Shown: positions 1-9,807 of the stretch, one piece after another
How positions within the stretch are numbered: the stretch's first letter is position 1
Layout of the letters: every line of letters starts with the position of its first letter
DNA from: Candidatus Marinacidobacterales bacterium
Lineage (GTDB): Bacteria; Acidobacteriota; Vicinamibacteria; Marinacidobacterales; DATDRI01
Direction: 5' to 3'
Length of the DNA stretch: 64,000 nt
Assembly (NCBI GenBank): GCA_965226495.1
Contig: OZ245365.1
Coordinates: 3,136,001 to 3,200,000, forward strand
Position numbers and translations under genes: made by a program
Notes under the pieces: generated by a model
Database searches by the model: none
Told to the model about the DNA's origin: nothing
What the model saw: the letters and a program-made list of their open reading frames with translations, nothing else

Positions 1-2
1 TC

Positions 3-1478
3 CGGCCGTTGTGACGATAGAAGAAACTCGGCGGCGATCAGTCGCTCGGGGGCTGGAGCGGCCGCGTTCGTCAATCTGGTCAGGGCGAGAAGCGCGAGAG
101 CGGTGTCCAAGGGCTCACTCCGGTACGCGTTGGCGATTCCCCATCCGCCGTCCAGATTTTGTTGACTGAGGAGAAGCACTGGGTCATGAGCCACCCCGGC
201 TAGAATCGTGCGGGACAAGAAATCCACGGTTATCGGTTGCCGCCCCGTGAGCCAACCTAGGCCGGCGGCGGACTCCTCGCCCCGCACACCTAAGAGGTCG
301 AGCGCCCTGAGCACGACTGAAGTGTCTCGAATGTCGGTCAGCGGGTGATCCTCCCACCGACCGTCGGTCTCCTGTTCACCAAGAAGCCAATCGAGTGCGA
401 GAAGCGTGTCGGGAGTGATCGAGGGCTCGGGCGGCGTTACATTGAGCAGGTCGGTGTCGACATAGCCCCGCCCTAAGGTCAGGCTGAAGAACGTCGTTAC
501 GAAGGCGGAGCGGATGGCTTCGACTTGAGCGAGGTCTTCGGCGGACGGAATAATGTCCTCCTGAGTCAGAAAAACGAAGGCCAGGTTGAAGTTTTTCGGT
601 GCTTGGGCGACATCGGGTGAACGCGCTCCTTCCGCCTCGATGACCTGCCCGATCTGAATCGTCTCGGTGCTCGCCTCGATACGGGCCCCGAGGTCGGGAA
701 ACTGGGTCGGGTCGACTTCTGAATTGATAAGAAGCGTAAAGGGCGGCACCTCCTCGGGGTGAGCGAGACCCATCAAGTAGAGGTCGAGCGAGCTGTAGCG
801 GGTTTGGACCTCGACCGAGGTGAACGTCCCGTCGCCGTTGTCCTGCCAGCGATTCCCATAAAGGAACGAGGCGTCACTATCCAGCAAGAAGCTCCAATGG
901 TTGCCGTCGCGCCCCAGAAGGTCGGTTCGGACGGTCCCTGAGACGTCCTTGAAGCGCGGTCGGGCAAGCCAGCGATGTCCGATCTCATGAGCGACGATCC
1001 CTAGCGTCGAGCGGAATCGCGGGTCGGCGGGAGCGACGCTGAACGGCCCCTGCCGGTAGTGACTGATGGATCCCATATCGACGACGCCCTGCAGGCGGGA
1101 GGGGCTTCCAAACAGATCACCGGCATCGAAAATGGGAACGCCGATACCTTGGACGTCATTCCGGACTCCGGTATAGATGGCGTCGGCATCGCCTCGAGGA
1201 AAGTCGAAATTCGTAACAATAATAATGAAGTCGTAAAAATCACCGTGGGTGCGGATGAATTCGGAGGCGACGCGGGCGCGTGGACCAGGATTTGGCGTTC
1301 CGTCGTTGTTGATGGCGTCGTAAGGCGTGCCGTCGTGCTCGATGACGGCCAAGTGCCCTTCATCGCTATCGAAGCGGGGTCCGTCGGCAGCGAAGCAGAC
1401 GCCTGCCGTCGGCCCGAGTAGTTGGCCGAGCACCAGGCCGAGACAGCTGAACCTGCCGGATACAGACAATCGGTTCAC
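3..1478 (-). CDS. Large secreted protein with HExxH zinc-metallopeptidase motif (3' end runs off the left edge; not in the ORF track)
   Basis: Manual translation from GTG at 1478 gives MNRLSVSGRFSCLGLVLGQLLGPTAGVCFA (signal-like), then ...FIRTHGDFYDFIIIV...GIVAHEIGHRWLA (HEIGH at 975-989). The distal frame gives QETDGRW- and QNLDGGWG-type motifs. Confidence 0.75.
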   Translation of the reverse strand, partial: MNRLSVSGRFSCLGLVLGQLLGPTAGVCFAADGPRFDSDEGHLAVIEHDGTPYDAINNDGTPNPGPRARVASEFIRTHGDFYDFIIIVTNFDFPRGDADAIYTGVRNDVQGIGVPIFDAGDLFGSPSRLQGVVDMGSISHYRQGPFSVAPADPRFRSTLGIVAHEIGHRWLARPRFKDVSGTVRTDLLGRDGNHWSFLLDSDASFLYGNRWQDNGDGTFTSVEVQTRYSSLDLYLMGLAHPEEVPPFTLLINSEVDPTQFPDLGARIEASTETIQIGQVIEAEGARSPDVAQAPKNFNLAFVFLTQEDIIPSAEDLAQVEAIRSAFVTTFFSLTLGRGYVDTDLLNVTPPEPSITPDTLLALDWLLGEQETDGRWEDHPLTDIRDTSVVLRALDLLGVRGEESAAGLGWLTGRQPITVDFLSRTILAGVAHDPVLLLSQQNLDGGWGIANAYRSEPLDTALALLALTRLTNAAAPAPERLIAAEFLLSSQRP

Positions 1479-1494
1479 CCAATTCTGGGTGCGT

Positions 1495-1905
1495 CTAGTC
1501 GAATGATTCTGGAGGCGGAGTCTGGGGCTGGGGTGAATCAGAGACTCTAGAGTACTCTCTCACTTTTACTTCGCCTGAGGCTTTGAATCGGACCACAATC
1601 AAGCTTTCGTAGTCCTCTCCGGTCCCCCCGCGCGTAAGTACCAACGTGGAACGCGTTATCTTTTCTACGACCGCGTCTTCTTCCTCCACGCGATCCCCCT
1701 TGGACCACACCCGCGACTTGCCTTCCGGATCGAGGATGGTGATCTCAGCCGGTAACTCCCGAACGCCCAGAACACGGATACGCTCGAGAAATCGGGTGTC
1801 CTTTTTCTCTTCGCTTGCAGGGCTTGCAGGGCTTGGAGGAACGGTCGGGACGGACGCGCTTAGCAGCAGGGAGAGTAAAACCCCCAGGCTAGGAAGGAAT
1901 TGCAA
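1495..1905 (-). CDS. Hypothetical exported protein (136 aa)
   Basis: Signal-peptide-like N-terminus; ends just upstream of the large secreted-protein gene on the same strand. Confidence 0.6.
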   Translation of the reverse strand: MQFLPSLGVLLSLLLSASVPTVPPSPASPASEEKKDTRFLERIRVLGVRELPAEITILDPEGKSRVWSKGDRVEEEDAVVEKITRSTLVLTRGGTGEDYESLIVVRFKASGEVKVREYSRVSDSPQPQTPPPESFD

Positions 1906-2260
1906 GAGAGCCCCCCAGTCCAGTTTCCCGGAGCATCATTAATACGCACCTAACTGTCCTTGAGTTTCTCGAGGTTGGGGGCTCGCTCAAGGACACCCAA
2001 AATAGACCGACAAAATACCAGGGTTCGTACTTTATCGTCAACTGTGGTCGGGTCGTGCCCGGTCTCGACGCCAGAAAGTGAACTAGGCCGCCCCCTCGCG
2101 ATGCTGACCGCGATAAAGGTCCCGGATCCTGTTGCCAAGCCCCTTTCGAGCCGACGACGTTGCGCTCGAGCATCTAAGACAGTAGGCTCCTACCAGCCGC
2201 ACTAGTTCAGAAATGAGTCTCCGCAGACACCGGCTGCCGCACAAACAATAGGAGGACGTC

Positions 2261-3451
2261 ATGCCGCTTACGCGTCGTGCCTTCATGAGCACGCTGGGGT
2301 TTAAGGAACATGGAGCGCTTTCGCTCCCCTTGATCACCGCTCGCGGTCGCGAGGCGCTGGCCGCCACGGAGCCCCGCTCGCCCGCTATTCCCCCGCCTCC
2401 CGATTTGGATGAGATTCGTATCAGCAGCAACGAGAACCCCTTGGGACCGGGGCCGTCGGCCCTCCGTTCTCTTCGTGGTGCGCTCGATCAGACCAGGCTT
2501 TATCCGAGGAATGCGCGGATATCCGACTCGGCCCTGAGGGAGCGCTTGGCCAGGAAATTCGGCATCAAGCCGGAGAACATCGTGCTTGCCGCGGGCTCGA
2601 GCGAGATTTTGCGAAACGCGGTCCGTGCTTTTACCGGGCCTAACGAGCCTCTGGTCACTGGGAGCTGCTCCTTCGAGAACCCGGTAAAGGCCGCGGAACG
2701 GTTTGGGCGTCCGGTGAAGGCTATTCCGCTCACTCCGGATCTTGCGCTGGATCTGGACAAGATGGCGGGAGCCGCCATCGGTGCAGGGCTGGTATTTCTC
2801 TGCAACCCGAACAATCCCACCGCTACCGTGCATTCGGCCAGCGCGGTGACGGACTTCGTGAAGTTTGTAACCAGGGAATCGCCTTACACGCATATTCTGA
2901 TCGACGAGGCGTATCACGATTATGTGACCGACCCATCCTACGAGACGTCCACCGAGCTGGCGACGAGGTACCGCAACGTGTTCGTGAGCCGCACGTTCTC
3001 GAAAGCGTACGGGATGGCGGGATTGCGGCTAGGTTACGCCGTTGGTGGCAAGGGAACGATCGACCAACTGCGAGCGCTCAAATTGACCGTGGACACCAAC
3101 ATTCTCGGCATGGCCGCCGCCATGGGAGGTCTCGACGACGACGCGCACATCGAAGAAGAAGTGGCCCGCAACACCGCGGCCCGCAAGTACACGCTCGATT
3201 TCTTCCGGCGTGCCGGATACCAGGCCACCGACAGCCAGACGAACTTCATCTTCGTGAACTTGGGGCGTCCGGCCAAAGAATTTCGAGAAGCGTGCGAGAA
3301 GTACAAGGTCAACGTGGGAAGGGACTTCCCTCCCTTCGAAAAAACTCACGCACGGATCTCCATCGGGACCATGGAGGAGATGCGTCGGGCCACCGAAGTC
3401 TTCCAGCAGGTTCTCGGTGCGTCCGCCACCGACTCTGCGGGACGAAGGTAA
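2261..3451 (+). CDS. PLP-dependent aminotransferase class I/II (HisC-like) with twin-arginine signal peptide
   Basis: MPLTRRAFM; SSNENPLGP, CNPNNPT, IDEAY, SRTFSKAYGMAGLRLG motifs; SD AGGAGG. Confidence 0.9.
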   Translation: MPLTRRAFMSTLGFKEHGALSLPLITARGREALAATEPRSPAIPPPPDLDEIRISSNENPLGPGPSALRSLRGALDQTRLYPRNARISDSALRERLARKFGIKPENIVLAAGSSEILRNAVRAFTGPNEPLVTGSCSFENPVKAAERFGRPVKAIPLTPDLALDLDKMAGAAIGAGLVFLCNPNNPTATVHSASAVTDFVKFVTRESPYTHILIDEAYHDYVTDPSYETSTELATRYRNVFVSRTFSKAYGMAGLRLGYAVGGKGTIDQLRALKLTVDTNILGMAAAMGGLDDDAHIEEEVARNTAARKYTLDFFRRAGYQATDSQTNFIFVNLGRPAKEFREACEKYKVNVGRDFPPFEKTHARISIGTMEEMRRATEVFQQVLGASATDSAGRR

Positions 3452-3469
3452 AGGGGTAAGGAGGTCGAC

Positions 3470-4648
3470 ATGCCGCTTACGAGACGGAGTTTGTTGAAAA
3501 ACCTGGGAGCGGGTGCTGCGGGAATGTACGCGAGCTCGCTCGTCAGCACACGTTGGCAGGAATCCATTGCCTTCGCCGCGGAGACCTCCCTGCCACTAGA
3601 GGCCGTCATCAACTTGCACAACAACGAGAATCCCCTGGGACCCGGCGAGGCCGTACTGGACGCGATCGAAGTTGGCCTCGGTCCCGATGGCGCCCAGGCG
3701 GGTCGCTACCCGTTGGCCTATTGGGACGCACTCCCCGAGGCGATCGCTGCGAAATTCGGGGTCAAGCCGGAGAACGTCCTGATCGGGGCCGGGTCGACGC
3801 AGATCCTGGTGGACGCCACTCACGTCTACACTTCGAAGGACAAGGCCCTGGTGGGATCTCTCCCCACCTATGAAGAGTGCTTCGGCTACGCACGCTTCAT
3901 GGGTCACCGCTCTAAGGCCGTCCCCCTGAACGCCGAGTTCCGCATGGATCTGGATCAAACGCTCCACGCCTGCAAGGGAGGGGGGCTTCTCTTCTACTGC
4001 AACCCCAACAACCCCGCGGCATCGCTCGTCGCTCCTAGCGAGACGAAGGAGTTCATTCCCCGCGTCTTAAAGGCGGCGCCCGATCTCCACATCCTCGCGG
4101 ATGAAGCGTATTTCGACTACGTGACGACACCTGGACACGAAACGCTCATCCCGATGGCGGTCCAAGAGCCTCGACTCATCGTGTCCCGTACCTTTTCCAA
4201 GGCGTACGGGATGGCCGGTCTCCGGGTCGGCTACGCCATCGCTCACGAGAAGACCATCGAAGAGCTCGAAAAATTCCACATGACGCTCGGCGTTAGCGGC
4301 TTGAGCTACGCCGCCGCCATCGGAGCGCTGGAGCGCGACCAAAAGGATCCTTCTTTCATTACTAATGAGCGTGCTCGGAATCAGAAAGCGCGAGACTACA
4401 CGCGCAACTGGTTCCACGAACGGGGGTACAAGGATACCGACTCGCAGGCCAACTTCATCTTCGTCGATGTCCAGATGCCGGTGGAGAATTTCCAGGCTAA
4501 ATGCCGCGAGCACGGCGTGCGGGTGGGACGTCCTTTCCCACCGCTGTGGACGCACTGCCGCATCTCGTTAGGAACCATGGAGCAGATGCAAAGAGCCACC
4601 AAGGTGTTCGAGAAGGTACTGGGCGCGAGGGCTAAGGCGGCCGCATAG
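3470..4648 (+). CDS. PLP-dependent aminotransferase class I/II (HisC-like) with twin-arginine signal peptide, tandem paralogue
   Basis: MPLTRRSLL; NNENPLGP, CNPNNP, ADEAY, SRTFSKAYGMAGLRVG motifs; SD AAGGAGG. Confidence 0.9.
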   Translation: MPLTRRSLLKNLGAGAAGMYASSLVSTRWQESIAFAAETSLPLEAVINLHNNENPLGPGEAVLDAIEVGLGPDGAQAGRYPLAYWDALPEAIAAKFGVKPENVLIGAGSTQILVDATHVYTSKDKALVGSLPTYEECFGYARFMGHRSKAVPLNAEFRMDLDQTLHACKGGGLLFYCNPNNPAASLVAPSETKEFIPRVLKAAPDLHILADEAYFDYVTTPGHETLIPMAVQEPRLIVSRTFSKAYGMAGLRVGYAIAHEKTIEELEKFHMTLGVSGLSYAAAIGALERDQKDPSFITNERARNQKARDYTRNWFHERGYKDTDSQANFIFVDVQMPVENFQAKCREHGVRVGRPFPPLWTHCRISLGTMEQMQRATKVFEKVLGARAKAAA

Positions 4649-4749
4649 CCTTCATTACGCGACAGGCCCTTCGCGAAAATCTCGCCCGGGCGAGGCTTTT
4701 CCGAGCGAGCTCGCTGCTCCCCCGACGAGTTAGACGGGTTAATTCGGCC

Positions 4750-5763
4750 CTACTCCCCGGGTCGCACCTTCACCGGATCCAAGAACGGAATCATCTCTCG
4801 GAGCTCCGCGCCGACACGCTCGAGGAGCTGTTCTTGCTCATTGGCGCGCGTCTTGTTGAACTCGGGCCGTCCCGCTTTGTTCTCGTCGATCCATCCGCGC
4901 GCGTAGGTCCCATCCTTGATTTCGCAGAGCATCTTTTCCATCTCTTTGATGGTCCCCTCGTTCACGATGCGTGGACCTCCGGTGTAGTCGCCATGCTCGG
5001 CGGTATCGCTGACCGAATAGCGCATGTAGTTCAAGCCGCCGCGGTACATCAAGTCGACGATGAGCTTCAACTCGTGAAGGCACTCGAAATAGGCCACCTC
5101 GGGCTGATAGCCAGCCTTGACCAACGTGTTGAAACCGGCCTTGACCAAAGCGGACACCCCGCCGCACAGCACGGCTTGCTCGCCGAAAAGGTCGGTCTCG
5201 GTCTCCTCCGCAAACGTCGTGACCAAGACGCCGGCCCGCGTGGCACCGAGGGCCTTGGCGTAGGAAAGCGCCTGCGCTTCCGCCTGTCCACTAACGTCTT
5301 GCTCCACCGCCAAGAGTGCCGGTGTCCCCTGCTCCGCCACGTACGTTTCTCGCACCCGGTGTCCCGGAGCCTTGGGAGCGATCATGCTGACGTCGATATT
5401 CTTCGGGGGCGTGATCGTCCCGTACCGAATGTTGAAGCCGTGGCTAAACATCAGGGTGTTGCCCAACTCCAAGTGAGGCTCAATCTCCTCTTCGTAAATT
5501 TTCGGCTGCTTGGTGTCGGGAGCAAGTATCATGACGACGTCGGCCCACTTGGAAGCTTCCGCGACGTCCGTGACTTCGACGCCCTGCTCTTTCGCGACGG
5601 CTCGACGCTTACTATCCGGCCGCAAGGCAACTCGAACCGATACTCCGCTGTCCTGCAGATTCAAGGCGTGAGCATGACCCTGCGACCCATAACCGATGAT
5701 GGCGACTTTTTTCTCTCGGATGAGCGAGAGATCTGCATCTTTATCGTAGAAAATCCTTGCCAT
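4750..5763 (-). CDS. ilvC: Ketol-acid reductoisomerase
   Basis: [46 protein letters not shown] motifs. Confidence 0.97.
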   Translation of the reverse strand: MARIFYDKDADLSLIREKKVAIIGYGSQGHAHALNLQDSGVSVRVALRPDSKRRAVAKEQGVEVTDVAEASKWADVVMILAPDTKQPKIYEEEIEPHLELGNTLMFSHGFNIRYGTITPPKNIDVSMIAPKAPGHRVRETYVAEQGTPALLAVEQDVSGQAEAQALSYAKALGATRAGVLVTTFAEETETDLFGEQAVLCGGVSALVKAGFNTLVKAGYQPEVAYFECLHELKLIVDLMYRGGLNYMRYSVSDTAEHGDYTGGPRIVNEGTIKEMEKMLCEIKDGTYARGWIDENKAGRPEFNKTRANEQEQLLERVGAELREMIPFLDPVKVRPGE

Positions 5764-5786
5764 TAACTTGCTCCTTTTCGAATTCT

Positions 5787-6380
5787 TTAGTTGGTCGCAG
5801 GATGGACATCTTCTTGGGCCGACCCGTTCGGCAGACGCGCATGGACGAAACCGGGTTGGACGCTCGTAGCCTCGGATCCGCGCCGCATCGCAACCGTGCC
5901 GGTGCGCGCCATTTCGATGATACCGAATGGCCGCAGCACATCCAGAAGCCCCTCGATCTTGTCGTCGGTGCCGGTGATCTCCACCATCAGGGCCTCGGTC
6001 GTAACGTCCACGACGCGGGCCCGGAATACCTCGACGATCTGAAGAACCCGCGGACGCTCCTCCGCCGTGGCGTGCACCTTGATGAGCGCGAGGTCCCGCA
6101 TCACCGCCGGGCTGAGGCTCACATCCTCAACCCGCAAAACATTGACCAGCTTGTAGAGGTTCGCCTCGACCAGGCGGGCGGTTTTGGCATCGGCCTCCAT
6201 CACGATGGTCATTCTGGAAACGCCGGATTGATCCGAGTGACCGACGGCCAGCGAGTCGATGTTGAAATTCCGCCGGCGAAACAAAGACACGGCGCGATTG
6301 AGCACACCGGGCTTATCTTCGACATACACCACGAAGGTTCGGAGTGACTTCGGCTTGGCCTGATTCCCATTTGTTGGCAC
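5787..6380 (-). CDS. ilvN: Acetolactate synthase small (ACT) subunit
   Basis: [31 protein letters not shown]; lies between ilvB and ilvC. Confidence 0.93.
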   Translation of the reverse strand: MPTNGNQAKPKSLRTFVVYVEDKPGVLNRAVSLFRRRNFNIDSLAVGHSDQSGVSRMTIVMEADAKTARLVEANLYKLVNVLRVEDVSLSPAVMRDLALIKVHATAEERPRVLQIVEVFRARVVDVTTEALMVEITGTDDKIEGLLDVLRPFGIIEMARTGTVAMRRGSEATSVQPGFVHARLPNGSAQEDVHPATN

Positions 6381-6387
6381 GTTGTCC

Positions 6388-8097
6388 CTACTTTTCTTTT
6401 TCGGCTAGCGGTATTGGCCGGCGGATCATTTTGTGGAGATCGGCCCCCGCCGGAACCATGGGGAAGACAGTGTCTTCCTTCTCCACTTTGAAATCGATGA
6501 CCACCGAGCCAGGCTCCGCGCGGGCTTGCGCGACCACGTCCTTGATCTCCTCGCGTCGTTCCACTCGCAGCCCCGTCAAACCATGAGCTTCGGCGAGCTT
6601 GACGAAGTCAGGGTTTCGCATAGGTGTCGCGCTGTACCTTCCACCGTAGAAAAACTCTTGCCACTGCCGCACGAGACCAAGGTAGCCGTTGTTGATGATC
6701 GCCACGTTGACTTTGACTTCTTCTTGCGCGCAGGTTGAAAATTCCGCGGCGGTCATCTGTATCCCGCCGTCGCCTACGATCGCCCATACTTCCTCGTCGG
6801 GCATGGCCATCTTCGCGCCGATCGCGGCGGGGAGCGCGAAGCCCATCGTCCCGAGCCCACCCGATGTAATGAGCTTTTTCGGGTAATCGTGCTTGTAGTA
6901 TTGAGCTTCCCACATCTGATGCTGCCCGACGTCGGTGACGACGAGCGCCTTTCCTTCGGTATAAACCCAAAGGTCGTTGATGACGTGTGCGGCATAGAGG
7001 TGCCCGCTGTCGGCGAGATGGAGCACGTCGCGCACCGCCGCATCCCCTTTGAGCTCGCTGACCCGTTCGTGCCATTCCGTGCGATCGCGTGAATCTGCGC
7101 CTTCGAGAAAGACTTCGAGTGTCTCTCGTAGATCACCGACGATTCCCACGTCGACCTTGATGTTCTTGTGGATCTCGGACGCGTCGATCTCGACGTGGAT
7201 CTTCCGGGCGTTGACCGCATAAGTCTCGGGGTTGCCGATGACTCGGTCATCGAAACGCATACCGAACGCCAGCAGCAGATCCGCTTCCTGAATCGCGTTA
7301 TTGACCCAGGCTTCTCCGTGCATGCCCATCATGCCGAGACTCAGTGGATGGCTAGCTGGAAATCCGCCCAGGCCCAAGAGCGTCGAGGCAACCGGAATAC
7401 GTGTCTTCTCGACGAATTCCATGAGTACCTGGCCGGCACCGGACATGAGGACTCCGTGTCCTGCGAGAATGATGGGACGCTTCGCGTCATTGATGAGCTC
7501 GATCGATTGTTCGAAGTCTTCCGGGAGAGCACGGAGGTCGGGCCGATAACCCGGCAGTCGAATCGGCGAGTCGTCCCACTCGAAGTCGCAGCTACCCTGT
7601 TGGGCATCTTTGGAGATGTCGACCACCACCGGCCCGGGCCGTCCGGAGTTCGCGATGTACAGCGCCTCTCTCAGGGCACCCGCAATCTCCTCGGTACGTG
7701 TGATCAGGTAACTATGTTTTGTAATGGGAAGCGTGATGCCCGTGAAGTCCACCTCTTGAAAGGCGTCGGTGCCGATCGCTCCGCTCGGAACTTGTCCCGT
7801 GATGCAAAGGATGGGGGATGAATCAAGCCTCGCGGTAGCTATGCCGGTGACGAGGTTCGTGGCCCCCGGACCGGATGTCGCCATGGCCACACCCACCCGT
7901 CCAGAGGCGCGGGCATATCCGTCCGCCATATGAGCCGCGCCCTGCTCGTGTCGGACCAGAACGTGCCGGACGGAATCGGAATAGTCGACGAGGGCGTCAT
8001 AGGCGGGAAGGATGGCCCCCCCCGGATAGCCGAAGACGACCTCTATCCCCTCTCGTTTCAACACTTCCCAGATGATCTGTGCGCCGGTTCGTTGCAT
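6388..8097 (-). CDS. ilvB: Acetolactate synthase large subunit
   Basis: FGYPGGAILP, VRHEQGAAHMADGYAR, TSGPGATN, DVGQHQMW, SGGLGTMG, GDGG...NN TPP-binding motif. Confidence 0.97.
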   Translation of the reverse strand: MQRTGAQIIWEVLKREGIEVVFGYPGGAILPAYDALVDYSDSVRHVLVRHEQGAAHMADGYARASGRVGVAMATSGPGATNLVTGIATARLDSSPILCITGQVPSGAIGTDAFQEVDFTGITLPITKHSYLITRTEEIAGALREALYIANSGRPGPVVVDISKDAQQGSCDFEWDDSPIRLPGYRPDLRALPEDFEQSIELINDAKRPIILAGHGVLMSGAGQVLMEFVEKTRIPVASTLLGLGGFPASHPLSLGMMGMHGEAWVNNAIQEADLLLAFGMRFDDRVIGNPETYAVNARKIHVEIDASEIHKNIKVDVGIVGDLRETLEVFLEGADSRDRTEWHERVSELKGDAAVRDVLHLADSGHLYAAHVINDLWVYTEGKALVVTDVGQHQMWEAQYYKHDYPKKLITSGGLGTMGFALPAAIGAKMAMPDEEVWAIVGDGGIQMTAAEFSTCAQEEVKVNVAIINNGYLGLVRQWQEFFYGGRYSATPMRNPDFVKLAEAHGLTGLRVERREEIKDVVAQARAEPGSVVIDFKVEKEDTVFPMVPAGADLHKMIRRPIPLAEKEK

Positions 8098-8195
8098 TTT
8101 GGCCGCTGAGCCTTCCCTCAGAGATTACCGACCGACCGGTCGGTAATCTCCAATGTAGCGCGACTCGGCCCTGTGGTCAAGTTGGTAGGCGAAGC

Positions 8196-9686
8196 CTAGA
8201 CCAGCCCGAGAAGGGTCAGAATTGAGTAGACCGCATAGCCGGCGTAGAAAAAGCTGGTCAAGACCATCAGCGCTGTCATGATCCGTCCGGGCGTCGCGGC
8301 GGCGGGAAGGAAACGCCGGTTCATCACGACGGTCAATGGACAGTAGATCGCCATCGCGATCCCGCCGGAGAACCCGGTCAAGAACAGGAAGCTCTGAGCC
8401 CGGGTGCTGGTTTCCAATACATAAGTCAGAAAACAACCGAGGAGAATCCAAGTACTCGCGACCACCGCATACCAGAAACCGAGGGGTCGCTTTCGAGCCG
8501 CGGCGAAATTCGTATGGACGATGTCTGACAAGCTACGCGCGACCCCGTCCACCAGAGTAAGTTGAGTGGACAGAAGCGTCGCGACCGCGACGAGCAGGAA
8601 TACGGTGGTGAGGGGCGCAAACACATTTCCCAAGGCGACGGCCTCCAACGCGAGGAAACTGATCTGCTTGCCTTCATAGAAGGCCTGCATTCCTTCCCAC
8701 TCAACGGCGCCCGATTGTGTCAATGGGTAGACCACGGCCAGCGACGCAAAGATGAATAGCAGGAGGGTGAAGCTGTTCAGAAACCAGAAGAAGAGGATCT
8801 GCTCTCGCACCGCATGAAGCCACCAGCGTCGCCACCGACTGCGGTTCTGCGCATCGTCGGGAAAACGATAGCCGGTGAGGGACTCCCGCGGTTCGCGGTC
8901 GCGAAGAATGTTGGTCAAGACCGGGATGCGCGCCCCCATCCCCATGTTCTTGTCGCGTAGGTAGAAACAGAAAAAAAGATTCGCCGTCCCTCCGGCGCCC
9001 GCGAACACGATCCAGCTAAAGAACTGGGGGTAGCTCACGGCCGGTTCTTTGTGCCCCAAGTTGACGGCTCCCTTCGCGACGGCGAGCCAAAGGTCACTTC
9101 TACCGAGCAGCACCGCGAGGATCACCAACCCGACGACCGCAACGACGATCATTAACGCAGTCCATCGCTCTACCGATCGGTAGATCACCTTGGGCCCGAA
9201 CAGCATGAGCGCCACAACGAAGAAGGTGAGGGCCGTCCACACCCAATCCGGCCCCCCTTCCATCGGCGTAACCTGCGGGCCGAGCACCAGGGCACGAAGC
9301 GCTTCCCCACAACTTCGGGCCCAACCGGGTAAGAGCCATGACGTGACGTTGAGGAGCACGAACACCGATGCAAAGCCCCGCCACAGTCGAGCATAACCGG
9401 TGTAGGCGGTCTCGCCGGTGGCCAGCGCGTAACGCGCCACCTCGAGGTTGATGACCATTTGGAAGAGAATCCCGAGACCGGCCGCCCATATCATGCCGGT
9501 ACCGTAACGCCCGACCGCGGTCGGCCAAATGATCAGCTCGCCCGCACCGATAGATAGGCCCACCAAGACCGTGCCCGGCCCAACCAGTCGCCAGAAATTG
9601 CCTGGATAAGAAGGTAGTTCGGCGGACGCTAGGGCCGGAAGATGGGATCCATTGCATCGTCGTTGCTTAACACTGTCGTCCTGCAT
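8196..9686 (-). CDS. Nramp/APC-like multi-pass membrane transporter
   Basis: GPG..LVGLSIGAGELIIWP motif; about 11 hydrophobic segments. Confidence 0.75.
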   Translation of the reverse strand: MQDDSVKQRRCNGSHLPALASAELPSYPGNFWRLVGPGTVLVGLSIGAGELIIWPTAVGRYGTGMIWAAGLGILFQMVINLEVARYALATGETAYTGYARLWRGFASVFVLLNVTSWLLPGWARSCGEALRALVLGPQVTPMEGGPDWVWTALTFFVVALMLFGPKVIYRSVERWTALMIVVAVVGLVILAVLLGRSDLWLAVAKGAVNLGHKEPAVSYPQFFSWIVFAGAGGTANLFFCFYLRDKNMGMGARIPVLTNILRDREPRESLTGYRFPDDAQNRSRWRRWWLHAVREQILFFWFLNSFTLLLFIFASLAVVYPLTQSGAVEWEGMQAFYEGKQISFLALEAVALGNVFAPLTTVFLLVAVATLLSTQLTLVDGVARSLSDIVHTNFAAARKRPLGFWYAVVASTWILLGCFLTYVLETSTRAQSFLFLTGFSGGIAMAIYCPLTVVMNRRFLPAAATPGRIMTALMVLTSFFYAGYAVYSILTLLGLV

Positions 9687-9807
9687 GCTTCTCCGATTTG
9701 AAAACGCAGACTATCGGCTGGCTCGGACGTAATCAAACGTTCGGCAGCACGAACGCCCCTCCAACAACGACACCGTGATGTTATACTCCGACGAGAACGG
9801 AGACAAC

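Noticed and set aside
1955-1995. Riboswitch at the 10-bp inverted repeat TGTCCTTGAG...CTCAAGGACA
   Set aside because: No known aptamer motif or U-tract was recognised; only a hairpin is visible.
4834-5766. 310-aa plus-strand ORF
   Set aside because: Antisense shadow of ilvC with no recognisable motifs; typical of high-GC DNA.
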